A stretch of DNA of 64,000 bases from Ruditapes philippinarum (lineage: Eukaryota), in NCBI RefSeq assembly GCF_026571515.1, contig NW_026864322.1, positions 1 to 64,000 on the forward strand, given 5' to 3'. Below the pieces are notes generated by a model. That model searched no databases and was not told where the DNA came from. It saw nothing but the letters and a program-made list of their open reading frames with translations. Positions within the stretch are counted from its first letter, which is position 1. Every line of letters begins with the position of its first letter. The position numbers were made by a program, and so were the translations under genes. Below are positions 61,801 through 64,000 of this stretch, in pieces.

Positions 61801-62856
61801 CTTTTGATTTAAACTTCCGTTGGTATGGACGCGTTGTTTGCCAACTTTGTTATAATGTGACCAGTCAGAATCTGCAAATTATTGGCTAGCGTTTCGGTAC
61901 CGAAATAAGCAGTGTGCTGCCCAAACAAAAAATGTGTTTATTTTTTTATATAATAGTTATCTATAATAAATCCTGTTGCAAAATAAAAAGCAAAAATAAA
62001 GAAAAGAAAAAACAACAACAACAAAACAATAAAACAAACAGAATATCTTGCGTAATTATGGGTCTCCCTATCAATTGACAAGAACCGTCAAATACCGATG
62101 AGAACCTATATATTGCAAATAAACACATATACATGTTATTTATTATATGTAATACAGGCAGAGCATATTTAATTTTATATTTGATTTTGTTTTTGTCTTT
62201 TTTATGTAGAAAATTAAAAATATGAGTACCGACACATTACCAACAAGAAAATAAAATTGGGTGCAACGCGTATACTGAACGTTGATACCGACAAGAAACG
62301 ATTTGTAGTTTACATGATCAGTAACAAGATTTGTGCTGAAAACATCTTATGAACATGTTTCCACTTTATTTCAAGTTAATTTCACTTTTCATATTCAAGT
62401 TTTGACACATAACACTTTAAAGCGAGAGTAGCTTATTTTTATTTTGAAACTAAAAAAAAATACCTATACTCCTTTTAACTCTAGATAAAGGATTTGATAC
62501 AAATACTTTTTTTCCATTACACTATAGATCTTGAAACCCAAATAAATCTGACATCTGACATCATCAAGCTTACAACGCATTTTGCACATTTCGTGTCTGA
62601 ACGGACATTTGTCTGTTTTTTTGTTTTTTTTGTTGTTGTTTTTTTCTTTTGTGCTTATGTTGAAAGGTCGTCGGGAATTCTTTAAAGTATCAGGATGAAC
62701 TTATATGATTTCATACAATAACACAATCTAAAGTTTTCAAAAATTAAAGGTTATTCATGAATTTAAACGTATTTATGTTATTAACATATTCACCGTTCCT
62801 TGTCAAAGATTACTTTTATTCCGTTTGTTTTCAGTGAGGAAACCATTGTTGGCTAA
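55802..62856 (+). CDS. C-type lectin (perlucin-like), lectin 5; 5' end corrupted by poor sequence quality
   Basis: Exon 2 3' half HDTESWIGAV ends at 55887 (GTAAGT donor). Exons 60934-61024 (NMCKLFGGNLVNIETATEN...), 61282-61501 (YYWIGLTDAQEE...EPNN...ENC...WNDIPC...YICE) and 62835-62856 (EETIVG*). Exons 3-5 are absent from the ORF track. Confidence 0.85.
55966..56139. other. Assembly gap
   Basis: Run of N. Confidence 0.99.
56720..57462. mobile_element. PIF/Harbinger-like MITE
   Basis: 24-bp perfect TIR AGGCCTCAACAGACGGTAGGATTT, extending imperfectly to about 45 bp, with TAA duplicated on both sides. Confidence 0.85.
57722..59840 (-). mobile_element. Defective mariner (DD34D) transposon
   Basis: TA|CGAGGGCTGTTCAATAAA...TTTATTGAACAGCCCTCG|TA. 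HTH region in ORF 59185-59478 (RSGRP, DRRITIREI); catalytic C-terminus in 57972-58328 (HHDNAPSH...YSPDLAPCD, 34 residues between the two D's). It has an early stop, a frameshift and an internal deletion. Confidence 0.95.
58433..59089. mobile_element. Long-hairpin non-autonomous element (Crypton-like) inside the mariner intron
   Basis: Palindrome with arms of about 60 bp at 58457-58590, followed by the IR pair TTATTACCCTTCC (58596) / GGAAGGGTAATAA (59077). GGTAAT occurs at both ends. Confidence 0.6.
60285..60317. mobile_element. 33-bp minimal TIR element with a 7-bp flanking direct repeat
   Basis: CTGTTAA|CAGGGTCTTTCAAAT-TCT-ATTTGAAAGACCCTG|CTGTTAA. Confidence 0.65.
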
Positions 62857-63359
62857 CTCGACGGAACACGGGACCAGATTTATTGGATTCGGATTACCTT
62901 TCGTTTGATACAAGCTTAAAGTGTACGATTCTGTTTCTATGTTTAATTCGTTCGTCACACTGTTAAAACTTGGAATAATATTTTATTTTTCATACCAGAG
63001 GAAACTTATCCATTGGATATGAACTATTCTTTTGTTCTACTCCTCATTATATCGGAACCTCGTTATATAAAGGCAAACAATTTAAACAGACGTTTTGTTA
63101 AAAAACCTTTAGGGTTTTATTGTATTGATTTAACCTAACCTTCCCAAAATAAAATATGAAAAAGTAAAGTTATATTCCTTATATCAAACATTGTTGCCAA
63201 GGCATCTGTGACATTTTGAAGAATGCAAATTAAAGATGCACCATAATACATGTACATCATTAATACAAATAACAATGTGAATGTGTAAGATAATGTACTA
63301 TATATTCTTATTATCCAGAAACTACATTCCTGGCATTGTGCTTTCATATCATTTGCGAA

Positions 63360-63952
63360 AAAATCTAGGTAACCGCATAGGATTTTAAAAAATCTAGTTA
63401 ACCACGCAATAATTATACAATTTGGTTAATATGAATCACGTAGCATTTGAAAATCTAGTTAGCCGCGTAGTATTTAAACAAAATCTAGTTAAGCACGTAG
63501 TATTTATAAAATCTAGTTAACCCCGTAGTATCTAAGTAATAGATATACCATTGGTGCGTTGACGATTTCTGGGTTTGCGTAAATTATACCATAATCACGT
63601 GACCTTTCTTATGCCTTAACCTCACGAGACGAAGTCGAGTGAGGTTGCATAAGAAAGGTCACGTGATTATGGTATAATTTACGCAAACCCAGAAATCGTC
63701 AACGCACCAATGGTGTATCTGTTTTAACCTATAGCTCCGCCCAGAAACACTTACTCCTTCGATCTTAATTTGCATAAAATTATACCATAGTCTGGGTATG
63801 GTATAATTTACGGTTATTGGAAATTATACTTGGAAGAATTTTACATAAGAAGCGCTGAAGAGCTATAGGTTAAAAAAAAAGTTAACCACGTAGTCTTAAA
63901 AATAAATCTAGTTAACCACGTAGTATTAAAAAATATATCTAGTTAACCACGT
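63360..63952. repeat. Degenerate ~30-bp minisatellite (AAATCTAGTTAACCACGTAGTATT) interrupted by a hairpin element
   Basis: Units at 63360-63535 and 63880-63952. Confidence 0.8.
63538..63875. mobile_element. Long-hairpin non-autonomous element (Crypton-like)
   Basis: Near-perfect palindrome 63538-63723 with arms of about 85 bp and loop CGAGACGAAGTCGAG, followed by the IR pair TTAACCTATAGCTC / GAGCTATAGGTTAA. Confidence 0.65.
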
Positions 63953-64000
63953 TTGTCGCTTAGTACAATTTGTGTTCCTAATTATTTCAGCTCAAAAGAA

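Overview
AT-rich eukaryotic genomic DNA, most likely a bivalve mollusc (inferred from perlucin-like lectins and Meta/Nin-domain SINEs). It has three N-gaps and several low-quality, homopolymer-inflated patches. The backbone is a tandem + strand array of five single-domain C-type lectin genes plus one relic exon. The ORF track captures these only in fragments. I reconstructed them by hand: they share one 5-exon plan (signal peptide exon, three CRD exons, intron phases 1/0/1/2), and each ends in a tiny 22-25 nt coding exon for an acidic peptide ending [IV]VG-stop. Two intronless, signal-peptide-bearing VWA-domain genes (DxTxS MIDAS-like, VwkA/VWA7-type) sit on the - strand inside the array and share a CRE+ETS+TATA promoter module. 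A tandem duplication (about 37.5-52.9 kb vs 53.2-61.5 kb) appears to have made lectin 4 chimeric. Introns and spacers contain three CR1-group LINE fragments, a DD34D mariner with a spliceosomal intron, EnSpm-, Kolobok- and Harbinger-like non-autonomous elements, long-hairpin (Crypton-like) elements, tRNA-derived SINEs and several mini/microsatellites.
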